The notes under the pieces were generated by a model. It was not told the origin of the DNA. It did no database searches and worked only from the letters and a program-made list of their open reading frames with translations. A stretch of DNA of 64,000 nucleotides, taken from Camelus dromedarius. Taxonomy: Eukaryota. The position numbers and the translations under genes are program-made. How positions within the stretch are numbered: position 1 is the first letter of the stretch; every line of letters starts with the position of its first letter. The stretch lies in NCBI RefSeq assembly GCF_036321535.1, contig NC_087446.1, positions 58,342,001-58,406,000 of the forward strand, given 5' to 3'. Below, piece after piece: positions 42,301-53,312 of the stretch.

Positions 42301-45300
42301 TGTGTCAGCACCATTTTATAGATGAGGAAACTGGGGCTTACTTTGACTGTCTCATTTTATCTTCAAAATTATCTTGTGCAAAAAGGCAATCTCCTTGCCT
42401 AAGCCCTTATGATAAACTTGGTAGTAGTATAACTGGTTGTCTTTTTCAAAGGCAGTGTTGAACTTTCTCTTGCAACTCAGCAATCTTCACATAGAAAAAT
42501 GTAGGCTAGNNNNNNNNNNNNNNNNNNNNNNNNNNNNNNNNNNNNNNNNNNNNNNNNNNNNNNNNNNNNNNNNNNNNNNNNNNNNNNNNNNNNNNNNNNN
42601 NNNNNNNNNNNNNNNNNNNNNNNNNNNNNNNNNNNNNNNNNNNNNNNNNNNNNNNNNNNNNNNNNNNNNNNCAATATGGATGGACTTGGAGGGTATTATG
42701 CTAAGTGAAATAAGTCAGAGAAAGACAAATACTGAATGATACCACTTATGTGTGGAATCTAAAAAATGAAACTAGTGAGTATAACAAAAAAGAAAAACAC
42801 TCACAGATACAGAGAACAAACTAGAGGTTACCAGTGGGGAGAGGGAAGGAAGGTGGGGCAAAATAGGGGCAGGGGATTAAGAGGTACAAACTGCTGTGTG
42901 TACAGGGATATATTGTACAGCATGAGGAATATAGCCAATATTTTATAGTAACTATAAATGGAATACAACCTTTAAAAGTTGTGAATCACTGTGTTGTACA
43001 CCTGAAACTTATATAAAATTGTGCATCGACCGCACCTCAATAAAAAAAAATTCCTTTGGTACAGTGTGTAGGTGATAAACTCAGCTTTTGTTTACATGAA
43101 ATGTCTTTATTTCACCTCCTTTAAGATTTTTTTCCTCACCTGGATAACACAGCTCTAGCTTGATAATTATTTTCTCTCAACACTTTAAAGATAATTTTCC
43201 AGTTTTCTGGTTTCCATTGCTCTTATTGAGCAGTCTGTCCACTGTTACATTGTAGATATTGTCTTCTCTGTGTTTTTTTCCAAGAGCATTTCAGGTAGGG
43301 TTGTAATAGGCTGCTTCCACCTGTGGGCTCTCCTAGACTGGTGAGGTTGAAGTGCTGCCAGAAGACCAGGTGCTGAAGAGACCTTCCCATCTGGGTTAAG
43401 TAATTGATCAGTTTCCTCATTTGCTTTTCTCAGGGCTACTCAGAGCTGTTGACAGCTAGCTTAGGGTGGACTAGGTACTTTAACAGCTGCCTCTCTGACC
43501 TTTCCTGTGTGCCTAACAAAGCCCAGCCCTGGAAGCCAGGTGATGTGAGTCTCTGTCAGGAACACTAATGAAGCTGCTTCCTCCAGACTGATGCCTCCTT
43601 CCAGATTGTTCAAGGCCTTTTACACCTTTTTTACTTCAGACTGTCCTTTGACACTAAGACGAAGAGAGAGGTTGCGTCACCATAACTACTTTTTAGTACA
43701 TAAGAGGGAGGACGATTGCATAAGGTTTTGTGTTTTCTTTGCAGAATGCATCCTGTCTGGTTCTTGCTGCCCGGCATGCCAGTGCTTCTTCCACGGTAAG
43801 GTTTGAAAAAGACGGCTGAGAGTCCTCGAGGCAGCCTGACCCTGGGATGGGGCGGGCAGGAGGGCTACCACCCAGCCTCTCATCATTGTTGTTATATCTG
43901 TTATTACTATTACTGTTTGTTTGTTTATACTATTACTGTTTTAAAATAGCCAAATCACTGTGAACGTGGTATGGGTTGTGGGTTTCGGCTGGAAAAAGTA
44001 GCTCTGTAATGTACTTCAGCAAAAGTAGCATTCTCTTTACTGACTATTCAAAGCATTCTGACCCATACAAGGAAATGCTGGAGCTTATGGTGTTCATTAG
44101 AAATTAAACTATTCTTTATAGTTCAGTGGCAGTAAGTACATTCACATTATTGTGCAACCATCGCCACTGTTTTCATCTTACCAACTTGAAGCTCTGTACC
44201 CATTAAACAGCTCCCCATTCCCTTCTCCCTCTGCCTGATTCTTTTACGCTCATATGTAGGGTAGTTGACCATATTTCCCTGACAGACAGGAAATCTGAGA
44301 AGCAAATCTTGACATACCTACTTTGTAGAAATCTAATTAATATTTTGATCATCACTTAGCCTCTACTTCTCTTTTTAGAATTTGAAAGACATATTGGCCG
44401 ACCTGATACCTAAGGAGCAGGCCAGAATTAAGACCTTCAGGCAACAACATGGCAAGACAGTGGTGGGCCAAATCACTGTGGACATGGTAAGGTTTGTGGG
44501 GTTTTGGCTGGGAAAAGTAGCTGTGTAACGTGCTTCAACAAAAGTACCATTCTCTTAAGGTAGGGTATAGCTCAGTGGTAGAATGCATGCTTAGCATGCA
44601 CGAGGTCCTGGGTTCAATCCCCAGTACCTCTATTAAAAAATAAATAAAAATAAATAAACCTGATTATCCCCACCTCCAAAAAAAAGAAAACCAAACAAAA
44701 AACTCCCCCTCCCCCCCAAAAAAAAGCACCATTCTGTCTTATACAAGGAAATGTTGAAGCTTCTGGTGTTTGTTAGAAATTAGATTATTCTTTTCTACAG
44801 ATTTAATAGTTGAGCCTAACCTAATTCATGTATGGGAGGGATGAATGAAGTTTCTGTTCCTTTTCCCAACCCCTCAGCTGTTGGGGCCAAGGCTCTCTGT
44901 CTTTGAGTTGATGCTCTACTGACCATCCAGTTAAACCGCAGCTCTAGCAGGCCTTATAGAACAGCTTTAGGACAGCTTCTTCTCCAGCCTAAGAGTCTAA
45001 GCAGCTCAGATGATAATTTCACAACAGTGTTTAGCCATTTACCTTTGTCTCCTTTCCCTGCAATTAAACCCTTTCTGTTTACTTTGGTTGGTGGGAATGA
45101 GGGGATAAGAGTAGACAGGAGAAAAATTAAAAAGAAAAGGGAGCAGAGGCAGAAACTAATTAAAGATAGTGATTTCTCAACTTAAAAATTCATTTCCCAT
45201 GTTAGCAGTCTTCCTCTCAAAGTTCCATTCTATAATAAATAAACTTCTCAGAAATCTTCCCCCAAATGAAGCCTTGCAAGTCAGAGAATAAATCTCTTCC

Positions 45301-48300
45301 AGATCCCGTGAAGCACTACCAGTCTCTAGCCTGAATTATTCTTTTTTTTCCCTTTTTTCTTTTCTTCAGTAGGGGAGGTAATTTTAGGTTTGTTTATTTT
45401 TTTTAAATAAAGGTACTGGGGATTGAACCCAGGGCCTGTGCGTGCTAGGCGTGCACTCCAGCCCTGAGCTATACCCTACCCGCTAGCCTGAATTATTTTA
45501 ATGACTGGTTACATCTTCCTTTCTTTAGATGTATGGTGGCATGAGAGGCATGAAGGGATTGGTATATGAAACATCAGTTCTTGATCCTGAAGAGGTAAGA
45601 GACTCATTGACTTTACTGTTGTGCACACCATGGATTAGACCACTAGGGAGCAGGAGAACCAAATAAAGCTCCTACCTGTGTATTCTGGAAGGTGAAAATA
45701 GGTACATATGGAATAACTAAAGCACGAATTTACTTTTTTACTATATCAACTAATAAAACTAAAAGCACAAAGCAGGAGTAAGTTACCTGAAGATTTTCAC
45801 TTTAAAAGTTCTAACTTGTTGACAGGTCTGATAAAAGTGGAACAGGTCAATTATGTGACTTCAAGGCTAATAAACTTAAGAGTTGTAATCCTTACTCTTC
45901 TCCCTCCCTCAAGGGCATCCGTTTCCGAGGCTACAGTATCCCTGAATGCCAGAAATTGCTGCCCAAGGCTAAGGGTGGGGAAGAACCCCTACCAGAGGGT
46001 TTATTTTGGCTGCTGGTAACTGGACAAATCCCAAAAGAGGAACAGGTAAGCCGAAGGACATTAGCTGTCTCATTTCCCTCCTTCTTTGCCTTTCTCTAGT
46101 CTCAGACACTTAATCCTGATCTGGTTATGGGTGGTAGTTGATAGAGATGTGCAGTGAGGGTAAAGAATCAGCAGAGTTACATGGATTGGATCGAATTATC
46201 TTGGATTTTCTTTACTCAGAGGTCACTGTCTTTTTATTTCTCTTCTTTTTCCTTGCCTAGTGTTGTGAGCAGTGTCTCCCTTTCCACAGGTATCTTGGCT
46301 TTCAAAGGAGTGGGCAAAGAGGGCAGCTCTGCCTTCCCATGTGGTCACCATGCTGGACAACTTTCCCACAAATCTACACCCCATGTCTCAGCTCAGTGCA
46401 GCCATTACAGCCCTCAACAGTGAGAGTAGCTTTGCCCGAGCATATTCAGAGGGTGTCAACCGAAGCAGGTACTGGGAGGTAAGGAAACTTTGGTGCAGTG
46501 ATTGATGTGTGATGGAGAATCAGGACTTGAGTGTGAAGGAAGAGAAAGGAATGTAGAATCCTTAGGAAAATTACTACTCTGAGATATGCCAGAAATTCAT
46601 TTTACACGTTTTTATTGTAGGCTTGCTTTTTATTGGTTGTTGGGATTGCAAAGAAAAGTGGAGCATGCTTTCTATCACCAAGGCTATTGATTTAGTTAGG
46701 GTGATATACATATAAAAAAAGAAACTACAATTCAGTAATCTTGCTGTAATAGAGGTATGTACTCAGTGCTGTTGAAACATTGAAAAAGATGTGACTCAAC
46801 TGCAGGGTTCAGGGTTCCCGAGGAAGCTTTCACAGAATAGTCTTACCCTGGCCCCAAAGGATTCCTTCTCCTCCCCTTCTCCAAATAAGGAGAACCTTGA
46901 GAAGTTGGGTGAATGGCAGCTGAGTAACTGGAGCCTAGGAGGGCTAGTGCCTATCAGCCACAGTTCTGCACTAACCCACTCAAGATACCTGTCAGGAGTG
47001 GAATGGTGGTTAGCATCCTAGAAGTAGGATCCAAAAAACAAAAGAGCCACATTTTCTGAAAATGAAATATGACCTTAATAGTTTGAACTCTGTGGTTAGA
47101 GTATGAGAAGATTTTTGTGCCTTGTCCTAGCACACAGGACACAATTCCTTCCACCCTGTTTCTAACACCCCACATACTCACAAACACTGGGTACAGTACA
47201 ACGTATCTGGCTAGGTTTACAGGAGGACATCTCATCTTCTTTTGTTTATTTGGAGACAGGTAGCATAGGAACAGAAAAGTTCCTTTTTACAAAGCAGATA
47301 CACTAAGTGATTTTTGACCAGGAGAAGGCCCCCAGTGAGTTCATTATGAGGCAAGGCAGAAAACAGCATGGGCCACTGGTCTAAACAAATCCTCTTGGGG
47401 TTTTCACAACTCCTGCTTCATTTGGTTGGTCAATATTTATTCAATGCCAACTGTGTATTTAGAGAATTGTGTTTACCGTTGGGGGAAAGAGGGAGAGAAA
47501 GTTGTGTAATTGATGTTAGTCTGGTTGGTATTGAGGAGGAAGGTGTAGGAATGATGCAAACTAAACATATTCACAAGCACTTAAAGCATTTGTAGTTACA
47601 CATCGGCAGGTTCAGAAGGTCATATAACCTAAATATATTGCTTTTCATTTTCTTTTTTAAATGCTGTTTAAGTAACTGCTATCTTTGTGGGTCACCATAA
47701 AAGGTTAAATCAAGCCCAACAGTTTTTCTACTTTATAACTTTTAGAAATGGACCACTTAGTAGTGCCTGTTACTACTTACAGTGCTATTGTCTTGTCTGT
47801 TGTAAAGTTCTGCATACTTTGCAGTAAATACTGTCAGATATTTCCCTTGTAGCCAAACATGCTGCATTCCTTCACACTGTCCTTTACTGAATCACTAAAA
47901 TGAATCTTGTTCTCTGCTTGCTATTGCCTCCATTTCAAAGGACAGCCATTGACTGGTTGTTCTGCCACCTCTTTGTGAAATGTTATTGGGTGACTTTTGA
48001 AGTAAATGTTGTATTTCAGGACTTTGCTGCCTGGAGAGTATTTATAAGCAGCACCAGTATATCTGTCAGCTTCAGGATATGTATTTATTAAGTTCACACT
48101 GAACAGAAATTAGCACCAGTAACTGCTTTAGTTTAGTGGAGCTTAGTGCTCTTTTGCTGCCCTGTCTTGTGGTCTCTCTCTCAAGTCAAACATGCTATTT
48201 CGGTTCAGTTCTCTCATCTTGGTTAATTTAACCATAGGCTGCTTAAGTAGAATTATGTGACAGCATTCAGCTGGTTATTTCTGTTGAAAAATTTATGTTA

Positions 48301-50490
48301 AGGAGTATGTGTGATCTAAGTCTTTACTAAAATCATCAGTTCATGCTGTTTTTTACATATACCTCAAGAGGATGATTTGCCTACAACATTTTCTTCCATC
48401 ATAGTTTACGTGACTTTAAATAGTGTCATCTCTTGAGGTGAAACAGGTCTTTTTCTAATTGACTTAACTTCACTCATGACTAGGAGATTACTCTGATGCA
48501 ACGAGCTGTTTAATTGTGAAGTAGCCTTAAGATATTGTTGAATTGAGTAAAATTTGCAAAGTGCCTGACAGATAAGGTTTTTCTAGTAAGGCCTATGAAT
48601 AGTTTATGTAGGTTTTGAAGCTGTTTATAATAAAATCATCATCCCAGCACATAAGCTCTTGAAAACATACCAAGTATTATGTTTAAATGCTTTCTATTCA
48701 TTATGTGAACAACTCAGAACAACTGCATGAGATAGATGTTACTACTTATTCCCATTTTACTGAATGGGGAAACTGAGGATTAGAGAAATTAAGTAGCTTG
48801 CCCAAGGTCATGCAGCTAGTAACTGGTAGAGACCAGATTCAGACTTGAGTTGGCTTCACTTTAGGGTCTCTTCACATTAATACTGGCTCTCTTCTTTTTC
48901 TGTGTCTTCTCAAAAATGATTAATAGCTAAATGCTTGGCCAGAATTTCTCTAGCAGTAGAGATACTGGCTCACAATGATGATTATGGTCCGTTTTACCTT
49001 TACTCCAGGCAGTTGTGATAGTGGCATATTTTAAGGTCTTTTTTTCCAAGGCTTTATAGATAAAGAATGAGTGAGTACAAGTAGCTAAATAGCACCTCAG
49101 TCTTAGCTTATTAAAGAAGAAATAAGGAGTTCTCTGTCGGTGTGTTTATTTCATCTCTTGACTGCAGCTTTGCCACCACACAGAGCCGGATAAGGATCCC
49201 ACACCGTCATACCTGGTCTGATACGTGTTCCTTTATAAACTTCATCTCAGTGGTAGAAGTTGAAACAGTCTCCTTTTTGTAGTTTTTTATGATGTGGTCA
49301 TTCATACTTTACAGATGATTTTTGAAAGTTAGTATATATACTCCACAGATAACCAGTTTGCCTAGCCCCGGATCCTGTTCTTGTCATACTGCTCATGAAT
49401 CCAGGTCCCTTAGAACTGCATATCCTTGATGCAGGCTTCTGGAAATAACCTACTTCCTTGGGGGATGTAAATCTGCAAGGAGGTATAGTTAATAGTATGA
49501 TTATCTTGCAGGTAATCTCCTGAGAACTTGCAAGTGTTAGCTAATATTTCTTGCTTCAAGTAGCTTTTTAATTTTGGCAGTATTCTCATTGAATCTTGGT
49601 GGCATTGACAGAATTCACTGAGTTCTTGAGTAATAGATGATTTCATAAGGATTAACTCATTTAGGCTAGTTACTGTAGATTTTGCCCTTTGTTCCAACAG
49701 AACTACTGAAACCTCATGACTTACTGCAGTAACATTTAGCCAGTAAGCTCGATAGGACAGCACCATGTGATATCATTCAGCAAGTATTTTCTCCATGCTT
49801 TCCGTATGCCTGGGAAGTTACGCTTTCTATGTACCGTGAATGAAAGTAGAAATTGTTTGTTATTAAAAAAAAAAAAAAACTACTAAAACTCTGTCCCCTC
49901 CCTAAAGGAACTTGAAATCCCTTTGAGAAGATGAAATTGAGACATAAAAGTTGAGCAAGCTATTAACATCACAAAAAGCAACCAGATATTTTATGTTTCT
50001 CTTAATAAATGAACACAGCACTATTTATCAAATAGTCTTGCTAAAAAAAATTGAACCTGAATCTACTCAAGCCTCTAGCTCTGTCAGTTTGTTGGAAATA
50101 CAGTGGACAGAGGAACATGTTAAATGACATCACAGGTACATAACCAGCAAAATTTAAACTGTGAGAACAGATAATCTGATCTTCCACAAATAAGCTGCAA
50201 AGTAAAAGAAGGACAGCATAAGAAAGAAAAATTGATTAAAAGAGACTTCAGAGACATTATCAGACAGTTGCAATGTGGGCTATTTTTAATCCTGAATGAA
50301 ATGAATGGGGGAGGGCAATTATAATAAGTGAATTGAGATGTGAGGATGGATTTGAATACTGAGTAGGTATTTAGTGGTATTGAAGATTTATTCAGTTTTT
50401 TTTTTTTCCAGTGGGATAATGATTTTGTGCTTTGATTATGAAAGCCCTTTATCTTCGAGAGATACATGCTAAAGTATTTACATGTTGAGA

Positions 50491-50525
<35 letters not shown>

Positions 50526-53312
50526 ATCTATATCTATATCTCATGTCTGGGATTCACTCAAAATAATTTGGAAGGTGAGAGGGGAAAGTAAGGGTATAAA
50601 TGAAACAAGTTGATAATTATTTAAGCCAGATGATGCTTATTAGCTGAGTGGGTGACCTTGTGCATGTTACTTAACCTGGCAAGCCTCAATTTCTTCATTT
50701 GTAAAATGAGGGATACATAACCTTACAGGATTATTGTAAGAGAAGAAAAAAATGCAAATAATATGTGTAGCACAGTACCTGTTACATAGTAAGTGCTTAA
50801 AAAATGGAAGCCTTTGTTAACTAACAACTGAATGCCACTGTTTGACCCTTGGCATATGTGATGAATTTTCTTTCAAAGATGAAACAGACTCATTAAAACC
50901 TAGTGTCTTAGCATTCATTGAGTGCAAAGTCGTGTAGCAGAAAACATGATTAAACATATAAGGATTCAAAATCTGACTTTGGCATTTAACCAAATGCTCC
51001 CTGAGCCTCAGTTCCCTATTCTGTAAAATGGAGGTCATTATATACTTTGTAGAGTGGAAGAAACTGGGAATAATGTTTTAATATACATGAGATAGTGTGT
51101 GTCAATCCCTCAGTGCAGTGCCTGGGTCACAACAGTTATTCAATTAAATAGTCACTTTTGTTATAATCCCTGTGTAACCACCCAGCATATAATCATCCAC
51201 CCAAATAGCCCAATCCATGGATGACAGACACCACCCCTGCCTAATTCTTCTTTTTGATAATTTCTTTTTTTCTCCATTTTCCTCTTCTTCCCTCAGTTGA
51301 TTTATGAAGACTGTATGGATCTGATCGCAAAGCTACCTTGTGTTGCAGCAAAGATCTACCGGAATCTCTACCGGGAGGGCAGCAGTATTGGGGCCATTGA
51401 TTCTAAGCTGGACTGGTCCCACAATTTCACCAACATGTTAGGCTATACTGATGCTCGGTTCACGGAGCTCATGCGCTTGTACCTCACCATCCACAGGTGA
51501 GGGAGACCCAGCAACCGTAGCCACCAGGTGCCTGGATTGGTTGTGAATATTAAGAAAAGCTCCTTAACATTCTCATCTTCTGGGAACAGGTGGTGGGCAG
51601 CAAGGAGATGGAAACACAGCATAAGAGATGATACAAGGCAAAAAAGGGGTTCAGTATGGAAGGTTAGGAGGTCTAGGGAAATTACCATAACTGCCCTAAG
51701 ATCATACTTCTAGCCAGGAAGAGGTACTAGCTGCTCACATTGGATAGGTCCGTCAGCTTTCCAGGAGCTCCCTCTTCTGGCCATTGCTATTAAAGTTGGG
51801 GTGAGAGTCAGGGAGCTTGGCACAGCAGCATCATCAACCAGTCACCTCTCCAGCCCTGTGGATTAGTGAACAAAGGCTGGTAGTAAGATTGGGGCATCTC
51901 TTACAAGAGCTTATGTAGAAATGACTGGCTGTAGGCTTGGTGAGCCCATAACTAGGCTAGTGTGTGGCCATAAGAGAACAGCAAGGTCTGTGTTCCCATA
52001 ATCTATGCCTTCTTTCTCCTTTCTCTCAGCCTTGATTCTCTTTTCTTACTTCCCCACAGCGACCATGAGGGTGGCAATGTAAGTGCCCATACCAGCCATT
52101 TGGTGGGCAGTGCCCTTTCGGACCCCTACCTGTCCTTTGCAGCTGCCATGAACGGGCTGGCAGGGCCCCTCCATGGACTGGCAAATCAGGTAAGGCTACT
52201 CTTTTTCTTTTCCTGCTCCATGTTTTTCTTACTCCCATGCTGTGTCTGATCCTGTCATTCTCCCCCGGCATACGCATTGACACTCTTTTATTCTCTAAAC
52301 CTTACTCACAGGAAGTACTTGTTTGGCTGACACAACTACAGAAGGAAATTGGCAAGGATGTGTCAGATGAGAAGTTACGTGACTACATCTGGAACACACT
52401 CAACTCAGGACGGGTAAGCAGAGATGCTGAGCAGTCAGGAGAGAAGCCAAGACTCAAGTTCTGTAATTTGGAAGAATGAAGGAGAAAAGAATGAAATAAC
52501 TCCCTAAATTACAGAGGGAGATTTTTTTTTTCCCATTTGCCTACCCAGAAGAATTCAGAAGAGATAAGAATCTCTGAGACTACAACTGGCTTTTCCCCTC
52601 ATTCTTTACAGGTTGTCCCAGGCTATGGCCATGCAGTGCTAAGGAAGACTGATCCACGATATACCTGTCAACGAGAGTTTGCTCTGAAACACCTGCCTCA
52701 TGANNNNNNNNNNNNNNNNNNNNNNNNNNNNNNNNNNNNNNNNNNNNNNNNNNNNNNNNNNNNNNNNNNNNNNNNNNNNNNNNNNNNNNNNNNNNNNNNN
52801 NNNNNNNNNNNNNNNNNNNNNNNNNNNNNNNNNNNCCCAGCTTTCTCTCATTTATACCAAACCCTACTGTTCTCTACCGTGCACAGAGTCAACTCCCTAG
52901 TCAGAGCAAGGACTCTCACACCTCCTTCCTTCCTTTTTTGATAAAGTTGCCTTTGTTAAGGGGTGTGGGGGAGGGTGTGGGCTGGAGGAAAGGGGTGCTC
53001 TCTCTTCAAAATCCAATTGCTATACTTTTCCCAATGTCATTTCTACTGAAGGCTAACTAGTTTAAGGTTTTTATCACCCTGGGCTTGTACATGCCACTAC
53101 CTGTAGGCCTTTAACAAAACCTGTTTCTCTTTACCTTACAGTACTATGGAATGACGGAGATGAATTACTACACAGTCCTGTTTGGGGTATCGCGGGCACT
53201 GGGTGTATTAGCACAACTCATCTGGAGCCGAGCCCTGGGCTTCCCTCTAGAGAGACCCAAGTCCATGAGCACTGAAGGTCTGATAAAGTTTGTGGACTCT
53301 AAGTCAGGGTGA
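33009..53312 (+). CDS. CS: Citrate synthase, mitochondrial, 11 coding exons
   Basis: Exons 33009-33050, 43745-43795, 44379-44486, 45529-45594, 45914-46045, 46290-46478, 51297-51496, 52060-52189, 52312-52413, 52612-(gap; predicted end 52821), 53142-53312 (TGA). Catalytic motifs [11 protein letters not shown] and [13 protein letters not shown]; the catalytic Asp region is hidden in the N gap. Confidence 0.98.
37045..37365 (-). mobile_element. L1 3' end fragment (L1MA9/Laurasiatheria-type) with a nested tRNA-derived SINE at about 37146-37262
   Basis: TTGAGTTATAGTTGATTTATAATATTAG...GCTATATTCCCTGTGCTGTACAGT L1 tail interrupted by a SINE with an imperfect TSD (ATTATACTCCATTT / ATTATTCTTCATTT). Confidence 0.82.
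39330..39510 (-). mobile_element. MIR
   Basis: CTATGTGCCAGACATG...CTCATTTTACAGATAAGAAAACTAAAGCACAGAAAGGTT. Confidence 0.75.
40648..40835 (-). mobile_element. 5'-truncated L1 with 14-bp TSD
   Basis: Poly-T plus TTGAAGTATAGTTGATTTACAATG L1 tail; TSD AGAGGAGATTCTTT at 40634-40647 and 40836-40849. Confidence 0.9.
40974..41593 (-). mobile_element. Young L1 3' fragment spanning an N gap, 15-bp TSD
   Basis: TTTTATTGATTTATAATCATTTTACAATG...CCCCCTGGCAACCACAAGTCT; TSD GGGTTGATTCTTTTT at 40959-40973 and 41594-41608. Confidence 0.85.
41259..41571. other. N gap (313 nt) inside an L1
   Basis: Run of N between the L1 TSDs. Confidence 0.99.
41797..42131 (-). mobile_element. TcMar-Tigger MITE (MER2/Tigger3-like)
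   Basis: Terminal inverted repeats CAGTCAGCCGTCTGTATC / GATACCGAGGGATGATTG followed by TA; the interior matches the recalled MER2 reverse complement (TTACATTGTATTAGGTATTATAAGTAATCT). Confidence 0.85.
42510..42671. other. N gap (162 nt) at the 5' side of an L1 fragment
   Basis: Run of N. Confidence 0.99.
42672..43050 (+). mobile_element. L1 3' end (L1MA9-like), 5' part in N gap
   Basis: ATGGATGGACTTGGAGGGTATTATGCTAAGTGAAATAAGTCAG...GGAATATAGCCAATATTTT...AATAAAAAAAAA. Confidence 0.88.
44118..44240 (-). mobile_element. Old L1 (L1MB-like) 3' fragment
   Basis: AGTTCAGTGGCAGTAAGTACATTCACATTATTGTGCAACCATC...CTCTGTACCCATTAAAC. Confidence 0.7.
44559..44725 (+). mobile_element. tRNA-derived SINE in CS intron 3
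   Basis: GGGTATAGCTCAGTGGTAGAATGCATGCTTAGCATGCACGAGGTCCTGGGTTCAATCCCCAGTACC plus A-rich tail. Confidence 0.92.
45341..45482 (-). mobile_element. tRNA-derived SINE in CS intron 3 with a perfect 15-bp TSD
   Basis: TSD CTAGCCTGAATTATT at 45326-45340 and 45483-45497; reverse-complement SINE head. Confidence 0.92.
48690..48860 (-). mobile_element. MIR
   Basis: CCCATTTTACTGAATGGGGAAACTGAGGATTAGAGAAATTAAGTAGCTTGCCCAAGGTCATGCAGCTAGTAA. Confidence 0.78.
48880..49800 (-). mobile_element. Decayed pogo/Tc2-like DNA transposase fossil (tentative)
   Basis: Minus-strand fragments [18 protein letters not shown] (CENP-B HTH-like), [17 protein letters not shown] and SLSIKPWKK (DDE_1-like), in the expected order across frameshifts. 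Family assignment is by eye only. Confidence 0.45.
49960..50620 (+). mobile_element. Old L1 (L1MC/L1ME-like) 3' region
   Basis: TTGAACCTGAATCT...CAAGCCTCTAG, AGAGACTTCAGAGACAT, TATCTTCGAGAGATACATGCTAAAGTATTTAC...ATGTCTGGGATT blocks. Confidence 0.7.
50491..50540 (+). repeat. (TATC)8 followed by (TATATC)n microsatellite
   Basis: Read directly. Confidence 0.95.
50630..51150 (+). mobile_element. Two MIR fragments
   Basis: GTGACCTTGTGCATGTTACTTAACCT...CCTCAATTTCTTCATTTGTAAAATGAGG and CTGAGCCTCAGTTCCCTATTCTGTAAAATGGAG. Confidence 0.72.
52704..52835. other. N gap (132 nt) hiding the second half of CS exon 10
   Basis: Run of N after KHLPH. Confidence 0.99.

Noticed and set aside
44559-44640. tRNA-like A/B-box sequences (also at 3363, 4409, 18300, 37200, 45420)
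   Set aside because: They lack a cloverleaf 3' half and have A-rich tails and TSDs, so they are SINEs and not tRNA genes.
48300-48600. Protein-like minus-strand reading ([35 protein letters not shown])
   Set aside because: Short, stop-interrupted and unassignable by eye; may belong to the adjacent transposon fossil but is not supportable as a separate pseudogene.
49440-49480. IPQGS peptide resembling the reverse-transcriptase GVPQGS motif
   Set aside because: No following YxDD or other RT motifs in register; surrounding fragments fit a pogo-like transposase better.
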